From NCBI GenBank assembly GCA_002269645.1, contig NIVC01001259.1, positions 1-64,000 on the forward strand: a stretch of 64,000 nt of DNA. The letters run 5' to 3'. This DNA is from Macrostomum lignano (lineage: Eukaryota). The notes beneath the pieces were generated by a model. That model made no database searches and had not been told where the DNA came from. It worked only from the letters and a program-made list of their open reading frames with translations. Numbering within the stretch: position 1 is the stretch's first letter; each line of letters starts with the position of its first letter. Shown in pieces: positions 11,045 to 21,440 of this stretch. The position numbers were made by a program, and so were the translations under genes.

Positions 11045-12656
11045 GAAATGGCGCCTCTCAAATGAAATGGCGCCTCTCAAATGAAATGGCGCCTCTCAAA
11101 TGAAATGGTGCTTCTCAAATGAAATGGTGCCTCTCTCTCTCAAATGAAATGGCACCTCTCAAATGAAATGGCACCTCTCAAATGAAATGGCACCTCTCAA
11201 ATGAAATGGCGCCTCTCAAATGAAATGGCGCCTCTTGAATGAAATGGTGCCTCTCTCTCTCAAATGAAATGGCGCCTCTCAAATGAAATGGCGCCTCTCA
11301 AATGAAATGGTGCCCCTCTCTCAAATTGCGGTGCCCCTTAATAAACGGCTCGCACAGGGAATTTTAAATTAATTGAAAATGTACTCAACAATTTCCTTTT
11401 TCAAATTCAATAAACGTCAAGTTTACCTAAAATTCTAATTGCTAACTAGTGAAGCCAATCAAACTAAATTTTAAGTGGTTCACAAAAAACTAGTCAAAAG
11501 CGTATCCCAATCTACAAATAGTGGTAATAGCTAACAAAAAGCAATTCCCCGCCCCAATTTTCAGCAAAGGGAGGGGTTACCTCACCTGAAAATAATTATG
11601 TTTCTCTTGCATAAAGCAGAGCGAAAAATGCTTACAACTCTAAAATTACTATAAAATTAACAGGTGCTGCCAGGTGCACGACTACTGCTACGATGATCTG
11701 ATGGAAAAGAAGAACGCTGGAAAGTGCGGCTCAGGCAGCGGCCCCGTGTTCAATCAGTACCTGTCCAGGTTTAACTACAAGGAGAAGAGCAACGGCCAAC
11801 TGGAGTGCCGTAAGAACTTCTTTGATGTGCATTTCAGTTCCTGCCTCTTCATTTCCTCTTTTCCTATCTCAAGGTCTTCTTGTGTCTTAGGTCTTCGTGT
11901 GTCTTTTGTCTACTTGTGTCTTTGGTCTTCTTGTGTCTTAGGTCTTCTTGTGTCTTAGGTCTTCTTGTGTCTTTTGTCTACTTGTGTCTTTGGTCTTCTT
12001 GTGTCTTTGGTCTTCTTGTGTCTTAGGTCTTCTTGTGTCTTAGGTCTTCGTGCGTCTTTTGTCTACTTGTGTCTTAGGTCTTCTTGTGTCTTAGGTCTTC
12101 TTGTGTCTTAGGTCTTCGTGCGTCTTTTGTCTACTTGTGTCTTTGGTCTTCTTGTGTCTTTGGTCTTCTTGTGTCTTTGGTCTTCTTGTGTTTTTAGGTC
12201 TTCTTGTGTTTTTAGGTCTTCTTGTGTCTTTGGCCTTCGTGTGTCATAGGTCTTCCCCTGGGTCTTGGGTCTTCCTGTGTCGTAGGTCGTCCTGTGTCCT
12301 TGGCGTTCCCGTCTTCACCTCTGTCTCTGAGGAACTGCCTTCAAAGTGCATGGTTCACACTCATGATATAGATGACGAGATCTATACCTCCAAGACTCTT
12401 CAGCCCGCCAGCTCGCACCCTATCTAATTGTGTTTCAGTGGATGATCGTAGCACCGACTACTCCAACTGCTTGTACGAACTGTGCCAGTGCGACAAAGTG
12501 TTTGCCGACTGCCTTCGCCCAATCAAGGATCAATACAATATTGAGAACCTGAAGGAGAGCCAGAAGTACCTTCGCAGTCTGGTGCTGCTGATCGAGACTG
12601 CTCCGAGCGTAGCCGACTGGGTGTGGCGCATTGTTGAGTCCCTGCTAGCTGCTTGA
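3925..12656 (+). CDS. Secreted phospholipase A2 (group I/II-like fold), paralog 1; join(3925..4136,11664..11809,12439..12656), 191 aa
   Basis: Signal peptide, RQRRR propeptide site, Ca loop YGNYCGPGG, catalytic [11 protein letters not shown] and CQCDK (Asp99 equivalent), 10 Cys. All introns are GT..AG with consistent phases (2,1); the spliced length of 576 nt is an intact frame. Confidence 0.93.
4268..5515. repeat. Minisatellite aaatgaaatggcgcctctctctc (about 19-25 bp units), left arm, PLA2-1 intron 1
   Basis: Direct tandem repeats; the same unit resumes at 10965 beyond the LINE. Confidence 0.95.
5700..8890 (-). pseudogene. LINE ORF2 APE-RT-RNase H, broken by several frameshifts; RNase H lacks recognisable DGS and WVPGH..GNE..AD segments
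   Basis: Pieces appear in ORF-track entries 8317..10440, 7325..8644, 6985..7224, 6839..7045, 6507..6728, 6373..6930 and 5779..6192. Confidence 0.85.
8920..10364 (-). pseudogene. LINE ORF1 (frameshifted); central domain resembles the DUF4780-type ORF1 of LOA elements
   Basis: ATG at 10364; the frame switches near 9950 into ...[28 protein letters not shown]...FTAILGL...[11 protein letters not shown]. An acidic C-terminus ending LLHNSP* lies in another frame. The domain name is from memory of the family, not a search. Confidence 0.6.
10753..10964 (-). ncRNA. HDV/CPEB3-like self-cleaving ribozyme at the LINE 5' end (predicted)
   Basis: Hand-folded nested double pseudoknot: P1 GCAUGC/GCAUGU with G1.U, P2 CCCAG/CUGGG, P3 GGG/CCC, L3 UUCACGC, J1/4 GU, P4 hairpin, J4/2 CUGA. 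G1 is 10964, the base adjoining the TSD. Confidence 0.8.
10965..11330. repeat. Right arm of the aaatgaaatggcgcctctc minisatellite with a (CT)n expansion at 10971-11040
   Basis: Direct repeats matching 4268-5515. Confidence 0.95.
11868..12300. repeat. 17-bp minisatellite gtcttaggtcttcttgt in PLA2-1 intron 2
   Basis: Tandem units with variants, degenerating rightwards. Confidence 0.9.
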
Positions 12657-12816
12657 GCAAGCTTTGAGCACAATAACCGATTGTGACTTCTCTGACTTGG
12701 ACAGTGAAATACAGTCTATGATATGTTAATTTCCAAATATGATCTCTGATGCAAAATGTTTTGAGTCCCTCTTAAAACTTCATTTTTAATTTTTATAACG
12801 TAATTTAGCTCCTGGC

Positions 12817-13813
12817 ACTACCCCACCTGTATCCTCAGCTGTCTGTCACCTCTACCCCACCTGTATCCTCAGCTGTCTGTCACCTCTACCCCACCTGTAT
12901 CCTCAGCTGTCTGTCACCTCTACCCCACCTGTATCCTCAGCTGTCTGTCACCTCTACCCCACCTGTATCCTCAGCTGTCTGTCGCCTCTACCACACCTGT
13001 ATCCTCAGCTGTCTGTCACCTCTACCCCACCTGTATCCTCAGCTGTCTGTCACCTCTACCTCACCTGTATCCTCAGCTGTCTGTCACCTCTACCCCACCT
13101 GTATCCTCAGCTGTCTGTCACCTCTACCTCACCTGTATCCTCAGCTGTCTGTCACCTCTACCTCACCTGTATCCTCAGCTGTCTGTCACCTCTACCCCAC
13201 CTGTATCCTCAGCTGTCTGTCACCTCTACCCCACCTGTATCCTCAGCTGTCTGTCACCTCTACCCCACCTGTATCCTCAGCTGTCTGTCACCTCTACCCC
13301 ACCTGTATCCTCAGCTGTCTGTCACCTCTACCTCACCTGTATCCTCAGCTGTCTGTCACCTCTACCCCACCTGTATCCTCAGCTGTCTGTCACCTCTACC
13401 CCACCTGTATCCTCAGCTGTCTGTCACCTCTACCTCACCTGTATCCTCAGCTGTCTGTCACCTCTACCTCACCTGTATCCTCAGCTGTCTGTCACCTCTA
13501 CCCCACCTGTATCCTCAGCTGTCTGTCACCTCTACCCCACCTGTATCCTCAGCTGTCTGTCACCTCTACCCCACCTGTATCCTCAGCTGTCTGTCACCTC
13601 TACCTCACCTGTATCCTCAGCTGTCTGTCACCTCTACCTCACCTGTATCCTCAGCTGTCTGTCACCTCTACCCCACCTGTATCCTCAGCTGTCTGTCACC
13701 TCTACCCCACCTGTATCCTCAGCTGTCTGTCACCTCTACCCCACCTGTATCCTCAGCTGTCTGTCACCTCTACCTCACCTGTATCCTCAGCTGTCTGTCA
13801 CCTCTACCCCACC
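12817..13813. repeat. 34-bp minisatellite ctaccccacctgtatcctcagctgtctgtcacct between the PLA2 coding regions
   Basis: Near-perfect tandem repeats, period 34. Confidence 0.97.
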
Positions 13814-13868
13814 TTTTCCGTAACCCAAAGCCACATACAGCTCTGCATATTTTCAGAGTTCAGGCGCC

Positions 13869-15979
13869 ATGAGAATTTCACTGAGTCTGGCCTCGCTTCT
13901 GCTTGTACTCGTAATTGCAACGGCGGTGGTACATGCGCAGGAGGACTCTACTCGCCTGGTCCGCAAGCGCAGGCGTCTCGACCAACTGGCCCGCGTACTG
14001 AGCGCTGCCACGGGCCAGAGCTACGCGAGTTACGTCGGCTACGGAAACTACTGCGGCAAAGAGGGCAGCGGACAGCCGGTCGATAAAATTGACGCGTGAG
14101 TGCGGCACGAACGCATGATTAGGGTGCGTGTAGCTTTACTGGATTAATAGCCGAGTGTATATAGAGTTAATATTGGGTAAGATTAGGTCTAATACGTGTC
14201 TTTGTGATGTTCTGTCGGATAAATACCTGTCTAGATGGTGTTATGTTGGATAAATACCTGTCTAGATGATGTTCTGTTGGATAAATACCTGTCTAGATGG
14301 TGTTCTGTTGGATAAATACCTGTCTAGATGATGTTCTGTTGGATAAATACCTGTCTAGATGGTGTTCTGTTGGATAAATACCTGTCTAGATTGTGTTCTG
14401 TCGGATAAATACCTGTCTAGATGGTGTTCTGTTGGATAAATACCTGTCTAGATGGTGTTCTGTTGGATAAATACCTGTCTAGATGGTGTTCTGTTGGATA
14501 AATACCTGTCTAGATGGTGTTCTGTTGGATAAATACCTGTCTAGATGGTGTTCTGTTGGATAAATACCTGTCTAGATATGTTCTGTTGGATAAATACCTG
14601 TCTAGATGGTGTTCTGTTGGATAAATACCTGTCTAGATGGTGTTCTGTTGGATAAATACCTGTCTAAATGGTGTTCTGTTGGATAAATACCTGTCTAGAT
14701 GGTGTTCTGTTGGATAAATACCTGTCTAGATGGTGTTCTGTTGGATAAATACCTGTCTAGATGGTGTTCTGTTGGATAAATACCTGTCTAGATATGTTCT
14801 GTTGGATAAATACCTGTCTAGATGGTGTTCTGTTGGATAAATACCTGTCTAGATGGTGTTCTGTTGGATAAATACCTGTCTAAATGGTGTTCTGTTGGAT
14901 AAATACCTGTCTAGATGGTGTTCTGTTGGATAAATACCTGTCTAAATGGTGTTCTGTCGAATAAATACCTGTCTAGATGGTTTTCTGTCGAATAAATACC
15001 TGTCTAGATGGTGTTCTGTTGGATAAATACCTGTCTAGATGGTGTTCTGTTGGATAAATACCTGTCTAGATGGTGTTCTGTTGGATAAATACCTGTCTAG
15101 ATGGTGTTCTGTTGGATAAATACCTGTCTAGATGGTGTTCTGTTGGATAAATACCTGTCTAGATGGTGTTCTGTTGGATAAATACCTGTCTAAATGGTGT
15201 TCTGTTGGATAAATACCTGTCTAGATGGTGTTCTGTTGGATAAATACCTGTCTAGATGGTGTTCTGTTGGATAAATACCTGTCTAGATGGTGTTCTGTTG
15301 GATAAATACCTGTCTAGCTGGTGCCCAGCTTGATAAATGCATGTGCTCAACTCATCATCGAATGCATCGACAATTCCAGCTGCTGCTTACAGCACGATCA
15401 CTGCTACGACAGACTGAACGCCAAAGACAAAAGGAACCAGTGCGGCTTCTTGTTCGGCACGTACATAACAGCGTACTCGTACCAGAATGCGGACAACGGG
15501 CTGATACTCTGCGGTAAGAATTCAGAGGCAGCTCTGCGGTAAACCCGCCTGACTCTCGCGTCAGAACCCCTTGTTCGACCCACATTCATTTGGGGTGTTT
15601 GTGCATGAAAATTGTCCTGCGGGTTGTTTACGTGTTATTCAAACCCCTTTGTGTGCACCCTTTGTGAGCGGTGTATTAGAGCGTGCCTGCGTACAGCACA
15701 CCGGAAAGAAAGCAGAATCCTGCCACTGAACTGCTGTTCCATCCTCAGTGATCCTTCAAATTTTCAGTTGACAACGGCAAAACTGCCAAATCCAAGTGCA
15801 AGCGAGAGCTGTGCCGGTGCGACCTGGAGTTCGTGCGCTGCCTCCAGCCAGTCCAGCACCTGTACAACACGGCCAACTTAAAACGCCAGAAGGCGCAGCG
15901 AGTCATGGCGGGGATTGTGGAAAAAACTGGACGGCTGTTTAGAAATGCGAAGGACACGATTTTGTCCTGGATTGGTTGA
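13869..15979 (+). CDS. Secreted phospholipase A2, paralog 2; join(13869..14095,15380..15513,15768..15979), 190 aa
   Basis: Signal peptide, RKRRR site, YGNYCGKEG, DACCLQHDHCY, CRCDL, 10 Cys. Same intron positions and phases as paralog 1; 573-nt intact frame. Confidence 0.93.
14205..15317. repeat. 31-bp minisatellite ggataaatacctgtctagatggtgttctgtt in PLA2-2 intron 1
   Basis: Tandem repeats, period 31. Confidence 0.97.
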
Positions 15980-16164
15980 AGCTGGTTGACAACTGGCAAA
16001 ATTTTCTGCATAGCATAACCAGATGCCGATGGTTGAACAAAACTTTACAAATAAATAAATCCTTGCTACTCGGAGACACTTATAATTACTTATAAAACCA
16101 TAGTACTTGACTTATTGTACTTGGATTATGGGGTTAAAAATACACACACACATTCAGCCAAAAC

Positions 16165-18090
16165 ATTCTGCAAGCAAACATCCTGCAGACACAAGCATCT
16201 ATCCTGCAGACACAAGCATCTATCCTGCAGACACAAGCATCTATCCTGCAGACGCAAACATCCTGCAGACGCAAAAATCCTGCAGACGCAAACATCCTGC
16301 AGACGCAAACATCCTGCAGACACAAGCATCCTGCAGACACAAGCATCTATCCTCCAGACACAAACATCCTGCAGACGCAAACATCTATCCTCCAGACACA
16401 AACATCCTGCAGACGCAAACATCCTGCAGACACAAACATCCTGCAGACACAAACATCCTGCAGACACAAGCATCTATCCTGCAGACGCAAACATCCTGCA
16501 GACACAAACATCCTGCAGACACAAACATCCTGCAGACACAAGCATCTATCCTGCAGACTTTTTTATTAGAGGCAGGGGGGTGTGTGCACCCTGGTGCACT
16601 TTAAGCGACATAGGCACACAACCGGCGAGAGGCATTACTGCCCATTCTGCCGACTCCCCTGAGCAGGCATACAAACGCGCGGATACGTACGCAGGCACAC
16701 ACTCACACAGGAGTGTACAGCGGCCCTAACTTTATATTATCGTTAGGCATGTACACTTCACTGCGCCTTGGGGGGTTGGCTCTCAAGGCCGTTAATTGCA
16801 CGAGCAGAGCCAAGCCGAGATTCCAATTCAGCCCCAAATTAATGTGACTGCACTTGGAATCGAGCCTGGGTCGCTGGCACGCCAGAGCCTGCGCTACCGC
16901 TGGGCTACGGCCCCCCTATATCCTGCAGACACAAACATCCTGCAGACACAAACATCCTGCAGACACAAACATCCTGCAGACACAAACATCCTGCAGACAC
17001 AAACATCCTGCAGACACAAACATCCTGCAGACACAAACATCCTGCAGACACAAACATCCTGCAGACACAAACATCCTGCAGACACAAACATCCTGCAGAC
17101 ACAAACATCCTGCAGACACAAGCATCTATCCTCCAGACACAAACATCCTGCAGACGCAAATATCCTGCAGACACAAACATCCTGCAGACACAAGCATCCT
17201 GCAGACACAAACATCCTGCAGACACAAACATCCTGCAGACACAAACATCCTGCAGACACAAACATCCTGCAGACACAAACATCCTGCAGACACAAACATC
17301 CTGCAGACACAAACATCCTGCAGACGCAAACATCCTGCAGACACAAACATCCTGCAGACACAAACATCCTGCAGACACAAGCATCCTGCAGACACAAACA
17401 TCCTGCAGACACGAACATCCTGCAGACGCAAACATCCTGCAGACACAAACATCCTGCAGACACAAGCATCCTGCAGACACAAACATCCTGCAGACACAAG
17501 CATCCTGCAGACACAAACATCCTGCAGACACAAGCATCTATCCTCCAGACACAAACATCCTGCAGACGCAAATATCCTGCAGACACAAACATCCTGCAGA
17601 CACAAGCATCCTGCAGACACAAACATCCTGCAGACACAAACATCCTGCAGACACAAACATCCTGCAGACACAAACATCCTGCAGACACAAACATCCTGCA
17701 GACGCAAACATCCTGCAGACACAAACATCCTGCAGACGCAAACATCCTGCAGACACAAACATCCTGCAGACACAAACATCCTGCAGACACAAGCATCCTG
17801 CAGACACAAACATCCTGCAGACACGAACATCCTGCAGACGCAAACATCCTGCAGACACAAACATCCTGCAGACACAAGCATCCTGCAGACACAAACATCC
17901 TGCAGACACAAGCATCCTGCAGACACAAACATCCTGCAGACACAAGCATCCTGCAGACACAAACATCCTGCAGACACGAACATCCTGCAGACGCAAACAT
18001 CCTGCAGACACAAACATCCTGCAGACACAAGCATCCTGCAGACACAAACATCCTGCAGACACAAGCATCCTGCAGACACAAACATCCTGC
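16165..18090. repeat. 17-bp minisatellite atcctgcagacacaaac, interrupted by a SINE
   Basis: Tandem repeats; they account for the spurious long ORFs with a 17-aa period on both strands. Confidence 0.97.
16559..16918 (-). mobile_element. tRNA-derived SINE (about 360 bp)
   Basis: Minus-strand head GGGGGCCGTAGCCCAGCGG...GGCTCGATTCC contains Pol III A- and B-box-like motifs; A-rich 3' end (ctctaataaaaaa); TSD tatcctgcagac at 16547-16558 and 16919-16930. Confidence 0.8.
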
Positions 18091-18457
18091 TTCACAATCA
18101 CAATCTAATATACTAAAAATGGTTTGTCGGTAGGTATCTTCGCATAACTAAAAATTCTCATTCACCCAAAAATTTGAATTCCCTCAAATGTTTAAACTGC
18201 ACTGTTTAAGCAAGAAAGAAGAAGCAAGCAAAGCATGTCTCAGACTCAGTCTATTAGAAATGCATCTGGCACACTGATGAGGGGCCTTCGGGCCATAGAC
18301 ATGACCGGGCGGGGAAGCGCTGGGCCCCAGGGGGGCGAAGGCAAAGTTCTGCACGATTTTATTAATACTGAATTCGCTTAGGCCCAGCACAGCCGCAGAG
18401 GGACGTCAGAAAAAGAAGTCAACACAGCCGATTTATCTCAGCTCTGCACCCTCGCTA

Positions 18458-19846
18458 ATGGCAGCAGCGGGCAGGGCGACGGCGTCGGGCAGGTCGTCAA
18501 TCGACAGTCGTTCGTTTCCAAAATTCCAGCCGATGCCGTCGAACGCGAACAACAGAGGCTGGCAGAGGCAGCAGCAGTCCACGCAGCAACAGGCGCCGCC
18601 GACTCAGGCTGGCGGGCAGCACTGCGGCCGCTCGCACTCTGTCAAGCAGCAGAACCTCTGCCCAGGCCAGCAGGACGATGACTCCGACGCCAGGCAGGTC
18701 TGCTGCTCCGCGCACCCCAACGTGGCCGGCTGCTGCTCGGCCAGACCGCCCGCCCTGCCGCTTGGGGCCGCCGGCTACTCAGCCTGCCAGCGGCCCTACA
18801 AGCCGCCGCCGCCACTCGGCGGCAACTGCGGCCGCGCCGTACCGCTGGCCTCGCTAACCAGAATCTACAGGCCCGAGGATGAGCAGCCGAGTGCCGAGGA
18901 GGGCGCTGGTGGCCCTGACTGGGAGACGGACGGCGGCGAGGGCCAGACGGCTACCGCGACGGCCACCGCCACCACGGGGGTGCGCACCGATGACGCGGCG
19001 ACCGCAGGCACCGGGGCAGCTGACGAAGGCGCCGACCTGGTGGCTACGCACAGCTGTCCGGTGAGCTCGGTCAGTCCGGAGTCCCGCCAGGGCTGCTGCC
19101 GAAGGCCGCCTGGCCAGACGCCGCCGCTGTCGCAGCTGCAGGTCCTCATCCAGCAGCCACCGCAGCCTCAGTTGGAAGCCGCTCCTGCCAACGCCAACCA
19201 GACGGACGCGGCCAAGCCCGACAATGCCCGGCGACACAGGCGCCGCCGGCTGTTCTTTCCGTCGCTCTCCCGACGCAAGAAGCAAACAGCTGACGGCGGC
19301 AGCGGCGGCGGGCAGAGAAGGCGCTCAACAACTGAACCACCGCCGACACAGCCGCCGCCATCGGAGCCGCAACTGACTCAGCCGGTGCAGGAACTGCAGC
19401 AACCGCGGGTGCAGCAGCAGCAGCAGCGACAGAGACAGCAGAGCATCTCAATGCGGACGGCCCCGTTGTCATCCAGCCGCCCGTGGTGGCAGCAGCAGCA
19501 GCACAATCAGTACCAGCAGCGCCACAGCAAGCAGAGCCAGCAGCCGCTGTTTTTGCAGTCGCTGTCCTCTCCGGCACCGCTGGGAGATTCGACAATCTAC
19601 GCCTGCGGCAGCGGCGGCGGCGGCGGCGGCGGCGCTTCCCGCCGTACGCCAGACTTCGAACCAGAGACAGAGCGCAGTCCGCCACGGCTGCACCCCTGCC
19701 AGCGCCACCGTGTGCAGCAGCAGCAGCAGCAGCAGCAGCAGCTCACCAACCGAGGCCCCTTTTCTGGCCTGGTCCGGTCAAGGGACAGCTTCTCTGCCCA
19801 GCACTACTACAGCAGCCGAAGCAGCTCGGCCTCTGACTTGTATTGA
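18458..19846 (+). CDS. Hypothetical 462-aa Q/P/S/G-rich, probably disordered protein (single exon as seen)
   Basis: Long ATG-initiated ORF, GC-rich against AT-rich flanks, not tandem-repeat derived; no recognisable domain. Confidence 0.5.
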   Translation: MAAAGRATASGRSSIDSRSFPKFQPMPSNANNRGWQRQQQSTQQQAPPTQAGGQHCGRSHSVKQQNLCPGQQDDDSDARQVCCSAHPNVAGCCSARPPALPLGAAGYSACQRPYKPPPPLGGNCGRAVPLASLTRIYRPEDEQPSAEEGAGGPDWETDGGEGQTATATATATTGVRTDDAATAGTGAADEGADLVATHSCPVSSVSPESRQGCCRRPPGQTPPLSQLQVLIQQPPQPQLEAAPANANQTDAAKPDNARRHRRRRLFFPSLSRRKKQTADGGSGGGQRRRSTTEPPPTQPPPSEPQLTQPVQELQQPRVQQQQQRQRQQSISMRTAPLSSSRPWWQQQQHNQYQQRHSKQSQQPLFLQSLSSPAPLGDSTIYACGSGGGGGGGASRRTPDFEPETERSPPRLHPCQRHRVQQQQQQQQQLTNRGPFSGLVRSRDSFSAQHYYSSRSSSASDLY

Positions 19847-20357
19847 AGCACTGAATAATATTGAAACAATCGAAATAGACTTTTTGAGTTGTTGCAATTT
19901 TTTTCAAAGTCCCGATGTTGAATTTACTTTTTTGAGTCGCTTTTCGTGTGTGTCCGCCTTGTTTTGCAGCTCGATACGCCTCCATCTCCATTCTCCCCTA
20001 TGCTCAGAGAGCAACTTTTTTAAAGCTGGGCTAATAATCTCAGAAACAAAAGAATAGCAAACCCAGAGAACGCTTTAACAGCGATGCCCTCGCTTTCATT
20101 TGCGATGTTGCCCTGCAGTGAGTTCAACTTTTTGCCTAATTCATTTTCACAATTTTATTTTCTCTCGAATAAAGCAAAGGAGAAATTACGTGTACAATTT
20201 TCAAAACGGCCTTCTGGATGGCTGGGATTGAAATGTGCAATTTATTGCTAACAGATGGGGCTGTGGAGCCACTGAGATATCTAGTATTGGTTTGAATCAA
20301 TGAGAAAGTAAGTTTGGAGTCCTCCACCCAGCTTTTTGGACTGTCACCCTTTGCTGT

Positions 20358-21440
20358 TCAGTTGGGCTGCAAACCCCTCTTGGTTTTATTAGGCTGCAAA
20401 CCCCTCTTGGTTTTATTGGGCTGCAAACCCCTCTTGGTTTTATTAGGCTGCAAACCCCTCTTGGTTTTATTAGGCTGCAAACCCCTCTTGGTATCATTGG
20501 GCTGCCAACCCCTCCCGGTTTTATTGGGCTGCCAACCCCTCCCGGTTTTATTGGGCTGCCAGCCCCTCCCGGTTTTATTGGGCTGCCAACCCCTCCCGGT
20601 TTTATTGGGCTGCCGAACCGGGGGCCCATCACAAGCTCGAAAAATCACATCGTCGAAAAGCATCCACCATCATAAGCTCGAAAAATCACATCGTCGAAAA
20701 GTTTAGCAACCACCATCACAAGCTCGAAAAGTCATAAGCTCGAAAAATCATATCGTCGAAAAGGTTAGCAACCACCATCACAAGCTTGAATAGGGTTAGG
20801 GTTAGAGCTTGTGCCTTAGGGTTAGAGTTTAGGGTTGGGGTCGGGATTAGAACTAGTGCCTTTAAGTTAGGGTTTAGGGTTAGGTTAGGGTTGGGGTTAG
20901 GGTTATGCTTCAGGGTTAGACTAGGGTACTGGTGCCTTAGGGTTAGGGTTAGTGCCTTGGGGTTAGGGTTAGAGCTTGTGTCTTTTCGAGCTTGTGATGG
21001 TGGTTGCTAAATCAGTTTTCGACGATGTGATTTTTCGAGTTTGTGACTTTTCGAGCTTGTGATGGAGCCTTGTTTTCGACGATGTGATTTTTCGAGCTTA
21101 TGATGGCGACCCGCCGAACCCTCTCGGTTTTATTAGGCTGCAAATCCCTCTTGGTTTATTGGGCTGCAAACCCCTCTTGGTTTTATTGGGCTGCAAACCC
21201 CTCTTGGTTTTATTGGGCTGCCAACCCCTCTTGGTATCATTTGGCTGCCAACCCCTCCCGGTTTTATTGGGCTGCCAACCCCTCCCGGTTTTATTGGGCT
21301 GCCAACCCTTCCCGGTTTTATTGGGCTGCCAGCCCTTCCCGGTTTGATTGGGCTGCCAACCCCTCCCTGTTTATTAAGCTGCTACCCCATGTTTTATTGG
21401 CCTGCAACTCTGCAACGTTTATACTGGGCTGCCATCCCTT
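20358..21440. repeat. 27-bp minisatellite ttgggctgcaaacccctcttggtttta, split by a MITE
   Basis: Same-orientation units at 20358-20619 and 21113-21440. Confidence 0.9.
20620..21112. mobile_element. Non-autonomous DNA transposon (MITE) with about 40-bp TIRs, sub-repeats and a degenerate (TTAGGG)n core
   Basis: TIR GGGGGCCCATCACAAGCTCGAAAAATCACATCGTCGAAAA versus reverse complement GGGTCGCCATCATAAGCTCGAAAAATCACATCGTCGAAAA; 8-bp TSD gccgaacc at 20612-20619 and 21113-21120. Confidence 0.85.

Noticed and set aside
12817-13813. Regular 29-41 bp repeats here and elsewhere resembling CRISPR arrays
   Set aside because: Units abut directly with no unique spacers, there are no cas genes, and the context is eukaryotic.
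16850-16916. Genuine tRNA gene
   Set aside because: No complete cloverleaf or acceptor stem; it continues into a SINE body with an A-tail and TSD.
16107-18133. Long ORFs (up to 445 aa) on both strands
   Set aside because: Stop-free translations of a 17-bp minisatellite (17-aa period).
18274-18300. CUGAUGA followed by a GGCC-UUCG-GGCC hairpin, hammerhead-like
   Set aside because: No GAAA after the stem and no stems I or III.
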